A stretch of DNA of 64,000 nt from Alphaproteobacteria bacterium (GTDB lineage Bacteria; Pseudomonadota; Alphaproteobacteria; UBA8366): assembly GCA_965228425.1 (NCBI GenBank), contig OZ245815.1, forward strand, positions 1,090,495 through 1,154,494, written 5' to 3'. Position 1 is the first letter of the stretch. Each line of letters begins with the position of its first letter. A model generated the notes under the pieces. It made no database searches and was not told where the DNA came from. It saw nothing but the letters and a program-made list of their open reading frames with translations. The translations under genes and the position numbers were made by a program. Of this stretch, positions 16,427 through 25,273 are shown in pieces.

Positions 16427-18808
16427 ATGGCCGCCCCGCTGCGCCTGGTCAAGGGCCAGGACGATGCCCGTCAGCCCCAGGAAAAACTGCGCATCCTCTC
16501 GGAAATCGAGCGGAAGGTGTTATGGCTGTCTTCCTGGACGATCCACAACGCGAACCACGTGCGGCCCGCCCGCGACGGGTTGAAGGTCGGCGGTCACCAG
16601 TCCTCCTGCGCATCGGCGGCCACGCTGCTGACGGCGTTGTATATGGATGTGCTGCGGCCGCATGACCGGGTCGCGGTGAAGCCGCATGCCAGCCCGGTCT
16701 ATCACGCGTTGATGTATCTCCTCGGCAAGCAGACCCAGGAAAACCTCGAACTATTCCGGGGGCTCGGCGGGGCGCAATCCTACCCGTCGCGGACCAAGGA
16801 TGCCGACGACGTCGATTTCTCCACCGGTTCGGTGGGGCTCGGCGTGGGTGTCACGCTCTTCGCCTCGCTGGTGCAGGATTATGCCCGCATGCATGCGTTA
16901 AACGCCGCCGATTCCGAGGCCGGGCGCATGGTCGCCCTGATGGGGGATGCCGAGCTGGACGAGGGCAACATCTTCGAAGCGCTGCTCGAAGGCTGGAAAC
17001 ACGACGTCCGGAATTTGTGGTGGGTGATCGATTACAACCGGCAGAGCCTGGACGGCGTGGTCAACGACCAACTGTTCCAGAAGATCCAATCCTTCTTCGA
17101 TACCGTCGGCTGGAATGTGGTGACGCTGAAATACGGCAAGCGCCTGGAGGCGGCACGGGACGGGCCGGCGGGCGAGGCGCTGCTGCAATGGATCGACGAA
17201 TGCCCGAACGATCTGTATTCCGCGCTGACCTTCAAGGGCGGCGAAGCTTTCCGCGAGCATTTGAAGACCGAATTGCAGGGCACCTCCGGGCTCGGCGAAT
17301 TGCTCGCCAGCCACGACGACCTGTCGCTGCACCGTCTGGTGACCAATCTGGCCGGGCACGATATGGAATCGGTGTTGGAGGCTTTCCATGGGGCAGCCGA
17401 CGACGATCGGCCGCAATGTTTCGTGGCCTACACCATCAAGGGTTTCGGATTGCCGCTCGCCGGGCACAAGGACAACCATGCCGGCCTGATGAACCCGGAT
17501 CAGATGGCAGCTTTCAAAGCGTCGATGCGCATCCCCGACGGCAAGGAATGGGACCCGTTCGCAGGGCTGGAGGCGGCCGAGGAGGCGTTGACCGAATTCC
17601 TGCAGGAGGTGCCGTTCGCCGCGGCGGCGACCCGCCGGCACAGCGCGCCGCAGATCGCCGTGCCGAAAAGCTTTCCGGTACCGTCCGGGACCAGCTTGGC
17701 GACGCAGCAGGCGTTCGGCCAGATCATGAACGAACTCGCGCAAGGCGACAGCCCGTTGGCGCGCCATATCGTCACCACATCCCCCGATGTGACGGTGTCG
17801 ACCAACTTGGGCGGTTGGGTGAATCAGCGCGGCTTGTTCAGCCGCAAGGAACGGCCCGATGTCTTCCGCGAGGAGAAAGTCGCGTCGGTGCAGAAATGGG
17901 TGCGGTCGCGCGACGGCCAGCATATCGAACTCGGCATCGCCGAGAACAACCTATTCCTGGCGCTGGCCGCGTTGGGCTTGTCGCACTCCCTGTTCGGCGC
18001 CCGGTTGCTGCCGGTGGGCACGCTCTACGATCCGTTCATCAATCGGGGCCTCGATTCGATGCTCTACGCCTGTTATCAGGACGCCCGTTTCATGGCCGTG
18101 GCGACGCCGTCCGGCGTGACCTTGGCGCCCGAAGGCGGGGCGCATCAGTCGATCAACACGCCGTTGATCGGGATGTCGATCGACCGGCTCGCCTATTTCG
18201 AACCGGCGTATGTCGACGAGTTGGCGGCGATCATGGCCTGGGGCATGCGCTACATGCAGGAAGACGACGGCGGATCGGTATACTTGCGCCTGTCCACGCG
18301 GGCGCTCGAACAACCCGATCGCAGCTTGAGCGACACGGACCGTCAGGCGATCTGCGCCGGCGCTTATTGGGCGGTGCCGCCCGCGCCCGGCTGCGATCTT
18401 GCCATCGCCTATACCGGCGCGGTGGCCCCGGAAGCGTTCGCCGCGCATGCGGAACTGCTGGACGACGTGCCGGGAGCCGGGCTGCTTGCGATCACATCGC
18501 CCGATCTGCTGCATGCGGAATGGCTCGCGGCCGGAAAGAAACGCGCGGCCGGCGATCGCATGGCGCAATCGCATGTGGAGACGCTGCTCGGCGAACTGGG
18601 CGCCGGGGCGGCGTTGGTCACCGTGCTGGATGGTCATCCCGCGACCCTTTCCTGGTTGGGATCGGTCGGCGACCATCGGGTTTCAGCGCTTGGCGTGGAG
18701 AAATTCGGGCAGTCGAGCGATATCCCAGACGCCTTCCGCTTTCATGGCATCGACGCCGACGCCATCCTGGACGCGGCCGCAGCGGCCTGTTTGGCGCGAC
18801 TCCGATAG
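16427..18808 (+). CDS. Homodimeric-type 2-oxoacid dehydrogenase E1 component (AceE-like, ThDP-dependent), short form
   Basis: Trimmed to ATG 16427 (AGGAG 6 nt upstream), giving 793 aa. ILSEIERKVLWLSSWTIHNANHVRP...GLKVGGHQSSCASAATLLTALY and GDAELDEGN match AceE-type E1. No E2 or E3 gene is adjacent. Confidence 0.8.
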   Translation: MAAPLRLVKGQDDARQPQEKLRILSEIERKVLWLSSWTIHNANHVRPARDGLKVGGHQSSCASAATLLTALYMDVLRPHDRVAVKPHASPVYHALMYLLGKQTQENLELFRGLGGAQSYPSRTKDADDVDFSTGSVGLGVGVTLFASLVQDYARMHALNAADSEAGRMVALMGDAELDEGNIFEALLEGWKHDVRNLWWVIDYNRQSLDGVVNDQLFQKIQSFFDTVGWNVVTLKYGKRLEAARDGPAGEALLQWIDECPNDLYSALTFKGGEAFREHLKTELQGTSGLGELLASHDDLSLHRLVTNLAGHDMESVLEAFHGAADDDRPQCFVAYTIKGFGLPLAGHKDNHAGLMNPDQMAAFKASMRIPDGKEWDPFAGLEAAEEALTEFLQEVPFAAAATRRHSAPQIAVPKSFPVPSGTSLATQQAFGQIMNELAQGDSPLARHIVTTSPDVTVSTNLGGWVNQRGLFSRKERPDVFREEKVASVQKWVRSRDGQHIELGIAENNLFLALAALGLSHSLFGARLLPVGTLYDPFINRGLDSMLYACYQDARFMAVATPSGVTLAPEGGAHQSINTPLIGMSIDRLAYFEPAYVDELAAIMAWGMRYMQEDDGGSVYLRLSTRALEQPDRSLSDTDRQAICAGAYWAVPPAPGCDLAIAYTGAVAPEAFAAHAELLDDVPGAGLLAITSPDLLHAEWLAAGKKRAAGDRMAQSHVETLLGELGAGAALVTVLDGHPATLSWLGSVGDHRVSALGVEKFGQSSDIPDAFRFHGIDADAILDAAAAACLARLR

Positions 18809-18907
18809 GCGGCGGCAAACCGGACCGGGCGAGGCTTGCACTTCCTGGCCATCACCGTAGGATGACCACGGGTCGCGACGGGCGCGATTGCAGGGTCGAG
18901 GCATCCA

Positions 18908-19438
18908 GTGCGTTTCAGCCTTCACAGCACACTTGTCGTTGCGGCGTTGACCGCCGGGATCGCCGCCTGCGCGCCGGTCGCCGATAAGGGGACAGTCGGC
19001 GATGCGGAAGGAACGGCGGCGCCGGCGGCCACCGCCCCGTCGGAACCCTTGCCGGTCCTGGACGGCGGCCTCGGGCAGTATTCGATGGGCGGCCTGTTGG
19101 GCGGTCCGAACGGCGATGCCGGGACGGTTACCGGCATTTCGATCAAGGGTGCGTTGTTGCAGGGGCCATTCGTCACATTCCTGGAGCGCAGCGATATCGA
19201 TCGTGCCTACAAGTCAGCCAGCCATACGCTGGAAACACAGCCGTCGGGTCAGACCCGAATCTGGCGCAATCCCCAAAACGGACATTGGGGAACCATGACC
19301 CCGGCCCGGACCTATTTGAATGCCGAGGGACGGTATTGCCGCGAATACCGGCAGACCGTCACGATCGGCGGTCAGGAGCACCAGGCCGGCGGCACGGCCT
19401 GCCGGAGCGACGACGGCGTCTGGCGCGTCGTCAGCTAA
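18908..19438 (+). CDS. Lipoprotein, surface-antigen-like (COG4520-like C-terminal domain)
   Basis: GTG start. The lipobox is LTAGIAAC. A Gly-rich segment is followed by a C-terminus (RYCREYRQTVTIGG...GGTACRSDDGVWRVV) like alphaproteobacterial 17-kDa surface antigen family proteins. Confidence 0.65.
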   Translation: MRFSLHSTLVVAALTAGIAACAPVADKGTVGDAEGTAAPAATAPSEPLPVLDGGLGQYSMGGLLGGPNGDAGTVTGISIKGALLQGPFVTFLERSDIDRAYKSASHTLETQPSGQTRIWRNPQNGHWGTMTPARTYLNAEGRYCREYRQTVTIGGQEHQAGGTACRSDDGVWRVVS

Positions 19439-19450
19439 CGGCGATCGTTC

Positions 19451-19963
19451 CTAGGAATCCGGGTCCGGCTTCAGCACGCGATGCAGGTCGAGCACCGGCG
19501 TCTTCACGTCGGTCTGGCACAGCATGTCATGTACCTGACCCCGATGGTGGGTCTGGTGATTGAAGAAATGGCTCACCAGCATGTCGACCGGATCGTCGAA
19601 CAGTCGCCCCTCATTATTCTCGTACCGGATGGTTCCGGCGAGAAAGGCGTCGGTGACGGTCTCCGCAAATTCCTCGATCCGAATGTCTTTTTCCGTCCGT
19701 GCGGCGCACAGCGCGTCGAAGTTGTCATAGAGGATCGCATCGAGGCCGGTCGACGGAACGTCGCGTCCTTCGAACCGGGCAAGCCAGATCCGGTCGCCGA
19801 CCATGATGTGGTTGAGCGTGCCGTGAATGCTCTTGAAGAAGGCGGGGCGGGTCTGTTTGCGGGCCGCGTCGGTCAGTTCGGCGCAGCAAGCGTATAGCCG
19901 TTCATTGGCGAGTCGGTTGTAGCGCGCCAATTGCCGGACCGTATCGACGAAACGCGCGGCCAT
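19451..19963 (-). CDS. DinB-family (four-helix bundle, metal-binding) protein
   Basis: 170 aa. YNRLANERL...SIHGTLNHIMVGDRIWLARFEG...FNHQTHHRGQV shows the DinB His triad pattern. Confidence 0.8.
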   Translation of the reverse strand: MAARFVDTVRQLARYNRLANERLYACCAELTDAARKQTRPAFFKSIHGTLNHIMVGDRIWLARFEGRDVPSTGLDAILYDNFDALCAARTEKDIRIEEFAETVTDAFLAGTIRYENNEGRLFDDPVDMLVSHFFNHQTHHRGQVHDMLCQTDVKTPVLDLHRVLKPDPDS

Positions 19964-19979
19964 GGCCGGGGCGCCGCGG

Positions 19980-21350
19980 TCAGTTGCCCGCGACGGTCAT
20001 GCCGTCGATCCGGACTGTCGGCGCGTTCACGCCGTAGCGGAACTCCAGATCGTCCGCCGCCTGCATGTTGAGGAACATGTCCTTGAGGTTGCTGGCCACG
20101 GTCATCTCGCTCACCGGATAGGCGATCGCGCCATCCTCGATCCAGAACCCGGCCGCGCCGCGGCTGTAGTCGCCGGTCACGTTGTTGATGCCGAAGCCCA
20201 TCAATTCGTTGACGTAGAATCCTTCCTTGATATCGCCGATCAAGGCGTCGCGGCTTTGCGCGCCGGGCGTCAAATAGAGATTGGTGGTCGACGGGGAGGG
20301 CGGGCCGCTGGTGCCGCGCGATGCCCGTCCGGTGGTTTCCAGCCCGAGCTGCCGCGCCGCGCTGAGGTCGAGTACCCAGCTCTTGAGCACACCGTCCTCG
20401 ACGAAGGCGATGGACTCGTTGGCGATGCCTTCCGCGTCGAAGGGTTTGGAGGCGAGGCCGCGCTTGCGGTGCGGGTCGTCGATGATCGACAGCCCCTTCG
20501 GCAGGATCTGTTCGCCCATGCTGTCCTTCAGGAAGCTGGTGCCCCGGCCGATGGCGGTGCCGTTGATCGCGCCCGCGAGATGCCGCAACAAGCCGTTGGA
20601 CACGCGCGGGTCGTAGACCACGGGCACTTTCTTGGTGCCGACCTTGCGGGGGTTGAGCCGCCGTACCGCGCGCTCGCCGGCCAGCCGGCCGACCTCAGCC
20701 GGGTCGTCCAGATCGGCGGTGTAGACCGCGCTGGTGAATTCGTAGTCGCGTTCCATCCCGGTGCCTTCGCCTGCCAGCATGGCCGCGCCGATGCTCTGCC
20801 GCGAAACGGCATAGCTGCCGGAGAAACCATTCGAGGCCACGAGCGCCACGCCCGAGCGGCCCCAGCTCGCCTCCGCGCCCTCGGAATTGGTGACGCCGTC
20901 CACGGCACGGGCGGCGTCTTCGCACTCACGCGCGCGTTCGATCAACGCTTCGGGTGCCGGTTCTTCCGTGTCGCAGATTTCGAGATCGGCGACCGGGCCC
21001 GTAAATATCTGACCCGGATCGGCGAGGCCGCAATAGGCGTCTTCCGGAACCGTGCGGGCCATCGCGACGGCGCGGTTGACCAGCTCCTTCAACGCCGCCG
21101 GCGATGCGTCGGACGAGGAGACGATGGCCTGTTGCTTGCCGATCAGCACGCGCAGGCCGAGGTCGGTGCTTTCCGACCGCTCCAGTTTCTCGATCTCGCC
21201 CAGGCGTTGGGAATGCGACAATGAAACGCCCGACACGGCGATAGCGTCGGCGCTATCCGCACCCGCGGCCCGGGCCTTACCGATAAGGTCGGATAACAGG
21301 TCGAGCGCTTCTTGTTCATTGGCGAGTGTCGACGATGAATCGCTGGGCAT
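19980..21350 (-). CDS. pmbA: Metalloprotease PmbA (TldE)
   Basis: Trimmed to ATG 21350 (456 aa). Family-wide similarity includes ...GVSLSHSQRLGEIEKLERSES...GLRVLIGKQQA and the C-terminal GMTVAG. Confidence 0.88.
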   Translation of the reverse strand: MPSDSSSTLANEQEALDLLSDLIGKARAAGADSADAIAVSGVSLSHSQRLGEIEKLERSESTDLGLRVLIGKQQAIVSSSDASPAALKELVNRAVAMARTVPEDAYCGLADPGQIFTGPVADLEICDTEEPAPEALIERARECEDAARAVDGVTNSEGAEASWGRSGVALVASNGFSGSYAVSRQSIGAAMLAGEGTGMERDYEFTSAVYTADLDDPAEVGRLAGERAVRRLNPRKVGTKKVPVVYDPRVSNGLLRHLAGAINGTAIGRGTSFLKDSMGEQILPKGLSIIDDPHRKRGLASKPFDAEGIANESIAFVEDGVLKSWVLDLSAARQLGLETTGRASRGTSGPPSPSTTNLYLTPGAQSRDALIGDIKEGFYVNELMGFGINNVTGDYSRGAAGFWIEDGAIAYPVSEMTVASNLKDMFLNMQAADDLEFRYGVNAPTVRIDGMTVAGN

Positions 21351-21401
21351 AGGGCAGGTCTTTCCGTCTCTCAGAGGGGCAGGTGTCCGGCGAACGGACA
21401 T

Positions 21402-21659
21402 TCACTGAAAATGGGTCAGGATCGAGATGATTACAACCAAGATCAATAGTGTCAGCGTCAACAGGAATAGTTTCCGGGCGCGGGCGAATTCCTCGGGCGT
21501 GACCATCGGCGTTTCGCCGGTTTCCTCGGCCAGGAGCCGCGCGCGCTCCTCGCGGCGTTCGCGCAGCCGCCGCATGATATATCGCGATGCCAAGAAAAGG
21601 ATGCCGACCGCTAGGGCGATCGCCCAGGCATATTCGCGGATCAGGTCGTTCGACGTCAT
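21402..21659 (-). CDS. Small two-helix membrane protein (hypothetical)
   Basis: 85 aa. Two hydrophobic helices flank the highly charged RRLRERREERARLLAEE. It lies 51 nt upstream of pmbA on the same strand. Confidence 0.45.
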   Translation of the reverse strand: MTSNDLIREYAWAIALAVGILFLASRYIMRRLRERREERARLLAEETGETPMVTPEEFARARKLFLLTLTLLILVVIISILTHFQ

Positions 21660-21699
21660 GTGCCGCAGTATAGGCGAGCCGCCGCATAAGGTGAATCGC

Positions 21700-22119
21700 T
21701 TAAGGCCGCCCGCCGATCCAGAACAGGTAAAGCGCGTAGAGGCTGACCAGCACCAGCATCAGCCACGTCGCCGTCTGCCCGACGATCCGCCCGAAAGAGG
21801 GCCCGGTCGTGCTGTACAGACCCTGTGCATGCAAGACCCGGCCGACGAACAGGCTCGCGCCCAGTACATGCACTGCAGCCACCGGCGCTCCCAGCATCTC
21901 GGCGATGAGCAGCAGCACCAGGCCCAACGCCACGTATTCCGAGTTGTTTGCGTGCACGCGAATTGTCTGCAGCAGCGCCGCATCATTGCCGTCGCCGAGG
22001 TCGATGCGTTCCCTGGCCCGATGAAGACTGACGCGGATGGCGAGAAAGACGGCAAGCAGGCCGTTCAGCCCCGCATAGAGCGCGGTGACGAGCGGCAACG
22101 TGATTTGCACGGATTGCAT
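21700..22119 (-). CDS. MAPEG-family membrane protein (glutathione-S-transferase-like)
   Basis: Trimmed to ATG 22119 (GGGGGAA upstream), giving 139 aa. VTALYAGLNGLL...RAHANNSEYVALGLVLL...RVLHAQG fits the MAPEG pattern. Confidence 0.75.
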   Translation of the reverse strand: MQSVQITLPLVTALYAGLNGLLAVFLAIRVSLHRARERIDLGDGNDAALLQTIRVHANNSEYVALGLVLLLIAEMLGAPVAAVHVLGASLFVGRVLHAQGLYSTTGPSFGRIVGQTATWLMLVLVSLYALYLFWIGGRP

Positions 22120-22293
22120 TGGAATTCCCCCGTTTTGATCTGACACATCCCGAGGCAAGTTTACGCTGCCGCCTTACGTCCGGCGTTCACCCTTGCGTGA
22201 GGGAAAAGCAGCACCGTCCCCAACACGTCTTTGGCGTTTGAGGTGGATTTCATCGGCATGATACCGTTGGCGTCAACCGAGAGGAGTGGACCC

Positions 22294-22734
22294 ATGACGG
22301 AAGTACCCAAATCGAGCGGTCCGGCGCCGGGATTTGCCAAGTCGCCCGGCTATCGCGTTGATATGGAGCCCAGCCCGAACCGCATTCGGGTGAAGATCGG
22401 CGATGAGGTGATCGCGGACTCGACGAATGCGTTGCTCATGCTCGAGACCAATCACAAGGACTTCTATTACTTTCCGCGTGCCGACATCCGCATGGATTTG
22501 ATGGTGCGCAGCGACAGCACGTCGTTCTGACCCTACAAGGGCCATGCGGCCTACTACTCCGTGCGAGTAGGCGATCGAACCGAAGAAGACATAGCCTGGT
22601 CTTATGAGACTCCGTATGACGAAGGAGAGTCCTACGCGGGGTATATCGCCTTCTATTGGGATAGGGTGGACCAATGGCTCGCGGACGAGGACGAAATCGC
22701 CGAGCAACCGTATAGAGCCGGCGAAAAGAAATGA
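22294..22734 (+). CDS. DUF427-domain protein interrupted by one in-frame TGA (22528-22530) at the conserved Cys position: candidate selenoprotein, or a recent pseudogene or sequencing error
   Basis: ATG 22294 with GAGGAG upstream. 78 codons are followed by TGA, then 67 more open codons in the same frame to TGA 22732-22734. The joined sequence ...NHKDFYYFPRADIRMDLMVRSDSTSF-x-PYKGHAAYYSV...DIAWSYETPYDE...GYIAFYW reads as a single DUF427 domain. Confidence 0.6.
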
Positions 22735-22771
22735 TGACTCGGCCGGTTAGCGGCGAAATGGTGGAGGTCTC

Positions 22772-23773
22772 ATGACTATGATTTTCCGGCAGCAGATCGG
22801 CGATGCGACCGCGTGGAAAAGCGCCGAGATGAAAGCGCGCGACGATTGGTTGCACGTCCTGACGGAGGCCGAGGTCGACGATCTCGACCGTGCCTTGCGC
22901 GCGGTACAGCAACGGGGTTTGGAAATGGCCGCGATCACGAAAAGTGATTTCCCCTTGCCCGTGCTGGAGCCTTTCCTCGCCGATTTGGAGAAGACCGTAC
23001 GCACTGGCCGCGGTTTCGCATTGCTGCGCGGCATTCCGGTAGAACGTTATACGGCAGAAGAGGTTTTCCTCATTAAATGGGGCATCGGCACGCATCTGGG
23101 CGAGAAGGTTTCCCAGAACGCCTATGGGGACCTGCTGGGTCATGTCTACGATCACGGGCGCGATCCGAATTCCACCCGAACCCGGGGCTATCAGACGAGT
23201 GGTGAGCTACGGTTTCATGTAGACCGCGCAGACATGACGTCGCTTCTTTGTTTGCGCAAGGGCCGGAAAGGCGGATTGAGCCGCATCGTCAGTTCCATGT
23301 CCGTTCATAACGAGATCCTTGCCCGGCATCCCGAATATCTGCCGCCCCTCTATGAAGGCGTGCCCTATATCCATATCGAGGAAGCGGGCGAGATGCGAAG
23401 CTGGAAGGAGCCGGTCTTCAGCGTCACCGACGATGTGCTGAGCTGTTCCATCCGCCGCAACACGGTGCAGAAGGCGATCGACCGGTCGGGTATCGAAATG
23501 ACGCCGCTCGAGACGGCATCCCTTGAATTTTTCGATGCGGTCGCGGAAGACCCCGAATTCGTCCTCGAGATGGAACTCGAGCCTGGCGACATTCAGTTCG
23601 TCAACAACTACACCATCCTGCACGGCCGGACGGCCTTCGTCGACGATGCGGCGCCGGAAAAGAAGCGCCATCTTGTGCGCCTCTGGTTGCGGTTCTTCTC
23701 CCCCCGTCCGACCGCCGCGTTCATCCGGGAACAGTACAACGGAATCGAGAAGATGCTGGAGCGCGAGGCTTAG
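22772..23773 (+). CDS. TauD/TfdA-family Fe(II)/2-oxoglutarate dioxygenase
   Basis: 333 aa with GGAGG upstream. GFALLRGIPVERY..., FHVDRAD (HxD) and NNYTILHGRTAF (distal His) fit the family. Confidence 0.8.
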   Translation: MTMIFRQQIGDATAWKSAEMKARDDWLHVLTEAEVDDLDRALRAVQQRGLEMAAITKSDFPLPVLEPFLADLEKTVRTGRGFALLRGIPVERYTAEEVFLIKWGIGTHLGEKVSQNAYGDLLGHVYDHGRDPNSTRTRGYQTSGELRFHVDRADMTSLLCLRKGRKGGLSRIVSSMSVHNEILARHPEYLPPLYEGVPYIHIEEAGEMRSWKEPVFSVTDDVLSCSIRRNTVQKAIDRSGIEMTPLETASLEFFDAVAEDPEFVLEMELEPGDIQFVNNYTILHGRTAFVDDAAPEKKRHLVRLWLRFFSPRPTAAFIREQYNGIEKMLEREA

Positions 23774-23792
23774 CGGATGTGCGGTGCGGGAC

Positions 23793-24245
23793 TCAGTCCG
23801 GCGTGTCGTGCCCGGGCGGGATGATGATCTCGGCGCCAAGTTGGGTCACGATCGACCCGACATCGAAGAACACCGTTTCACCCAAGATCTTGTCATCCCG
23901 GAAGTGCCACGCGACCAACGAGCGGATGCGAACACGCTTGCCCGTCGCCGGGATGCCGAAAAAAGAACCTCGATGAGTTCCGGTCCACTGGTTTTCGGTG
24001 ACGATACAATCCTCGTCCGCCGAGAGGAATCGGTGGATTTTGACGTTGAAGTCGGGGAAGGCTTCCCACAAGAGACGATATCGCTCCGCGACCTTTTCGG
24101 GACCAACGAAACGTTCCGGGAAACCGGCGATGTCGTTGAAGCAATCCATCGTGAACCCGTCGAGTACACGGTCCATATCGTGTGAGCTTTCGGCCTCCAA
24201 ATGGTCCTCGAGTACCGCGAGACGCTCGGGCGGAATGTTTGCCAT
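23793..24245 (-). CDS. SnoaL-like ester cyclase (NTF2-fold)
   Basis: 150 aa. ...YRLLWEAFPDFNVKIHRF...WTGTHRGSFFGIPATGKRVRIRSLVAWHFRDDKILGETVFFDVGSIVTQLG is the typical predicted ester cyclase pattern. Confidence 0.8.
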   Translation of the reverse strand: MANIPPERLAVLEDHLEAESSHDMDRVLDGFTMDCFNDIAGFPERFVGPEKVAERYRLLWEAFPDFNVKIHRFLSADEDCIVTENQWTGTHRGSFFGIPATGKRVRIRSLVAWHFRDDKILGETVFFDVGSIVTQLGAEIIIPPGHDTPD

Positions 24246-24393
24246 GTTCGGCTCCTTACGGGGGTGTTCCTGTGGCTTTCCGGTAGATCAACATGTTCGG
24301 CGTAGACGCTACCACGCCGGTGCCGCCCTGTAGCGTTCCGCGACATGCCGTCCGCTGCCGTATTCCGTGATCGGGATTTCCTATCAAAAATGA

Positions 24394-24426
24394 GAGTTCA
24401 ATTAATTGGAACTCGCAATCTTGCGA
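24394..24426. promoter_or_regulatory. Two abutting palindromes (candidate operator) upstream of the DUF533 gene
   Basis: GAGTTCAATTAATTGGAACTC (24394-24414) has arms GAGTTC/GAACTC and a CAATTAATTG core. TCGCAATCTTGCGA (24413-24426) follows. Both sit in an AT-rich patch 63-95 nt before ATG 24489, with a possible TTGGAA-N17-CTAATT promoter overlapping. Confidence 0.4.
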
Positions 24427-24488
24427 CACTAATTCAGGTTGTCTAGGGCGCACTCCCGCGTCCCAGGCAGGAAAAGCGAGGCTGAAAG

Positions 24489-25256
24489 ATGAATCCGCAG
24501 GCGCTACTCGATCAACTCCTAGGGTCGCAGACCACGACGGCCGCCGGCGAAAAGCTGCGGTCGGCATCCAACAGTCTGTCCAATCCGACCGCGAAGGTTG
24601 CGTTGGGCGGCGTCGCGGCGGGTGGTCTTCTCGGTCTCTTGCTCGGCAACAAGAAAGCGCGCAAGAAGGTTGGCAAACTCGCGGGCGGCGTCGTCGGATA
24701 TGGTGGTGCGGCGGCCTTCGGCGCACTGGCGCACCGCGCTTATCAGAATTGGCAGGACCAGAAATCCCACCCGGCGCAGGCGGCGCCCGCACAAACTCCC
24801 CATACCCCCTCGTCGCCTGCGCCGGCCCCTTCCGGCACGTTGCCGCCGATGGAGCCGCGGTTCGATCCAACGGCCAATGTCGGGAAAGACGGTCGCCCAT
24901 TCGCGCTCACGCTTGTTCGTGCGATGATTGCGGCGGCGAATGCCGACGGGCATATCTGCGAGGACGAACGCAAGGCTATCCTCTCGCACCTGTCGGACCT
25001 GCAACTAGACGCGGAGGACAAGAGCTTCGTGTTCGAGGCGCTGATGACGCCGTCGACGCTCGACGAGATCGCCGACCTTGCCAACGGCCCCGAGCAGGCG
25101 ACGGAGGTCTATCTGGTGTCGCGCATGGCGATCGATCCGGACGATCCGGCGGAACAAGCCTATCTCGACAGTCTCGCCCGCCGGTTGGCGTTGCCGCCGG
25201 AGCTTGTCGCGGAACTGGAGAGCCAGGTGAAGGCGCAAATCTCGATCGCCGCCTGA
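24489..25256 (+). CDS. DUF533 / TerB-like (YebE-family) membrane-associated protein
   Basis: 255 aa. A Gly-rich hydrophobic segment and a Pro-rich spacer precede the C-terminal domain LVRAMIAAANADGHICEDERKAIL...YLVSRMAIDPDDPAEQAYLDSLARRLALP, typical of the TerB/DUF533 fold. Confidence 0.75.
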   Translation: MNPQALLDQLLGSQTTTAAGEKLRSASNSLSNPTAKVALGGVAAGGLLGLLLGNKKARKKVGKLAGGVVGYGGAAAFGALAHRAYQNWQDQKSHPAQAAPAQTPHTPSSPAPAPSGTLPPMEPRFDPTANVGKDGRPFALTLVRAMIAAANADGHICEDERKAILSHLSDLQLDAEDKSFVFEALMTPSTLDEIADLANGPEQATEVYLVSRMAIDPDDPAEQAYLDSLARRLALPPELVAELESQVKAQISIAA

Positions 25257-25273
25257 AAGTAACGCTTCCCGCG

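Noticed and set aside
17017-18987. 656-aa plus-strand ORF in an alternative frame of the E1 gene
   Set aside because: Its composition is extremely Arg/Gly/Pro/Ala-rich and it has no domain signature. The overlapping frame (16427-18808) has strong AceE-like motifs.
22231-22293. TTG-initiated 21-codon N-terminal extension of the DUF427 ORF
   Set aside because: ATG 22294 has a strong GAGGAG Shine-Dalgarno at proper spacing, and the extension adds no family-like residues.
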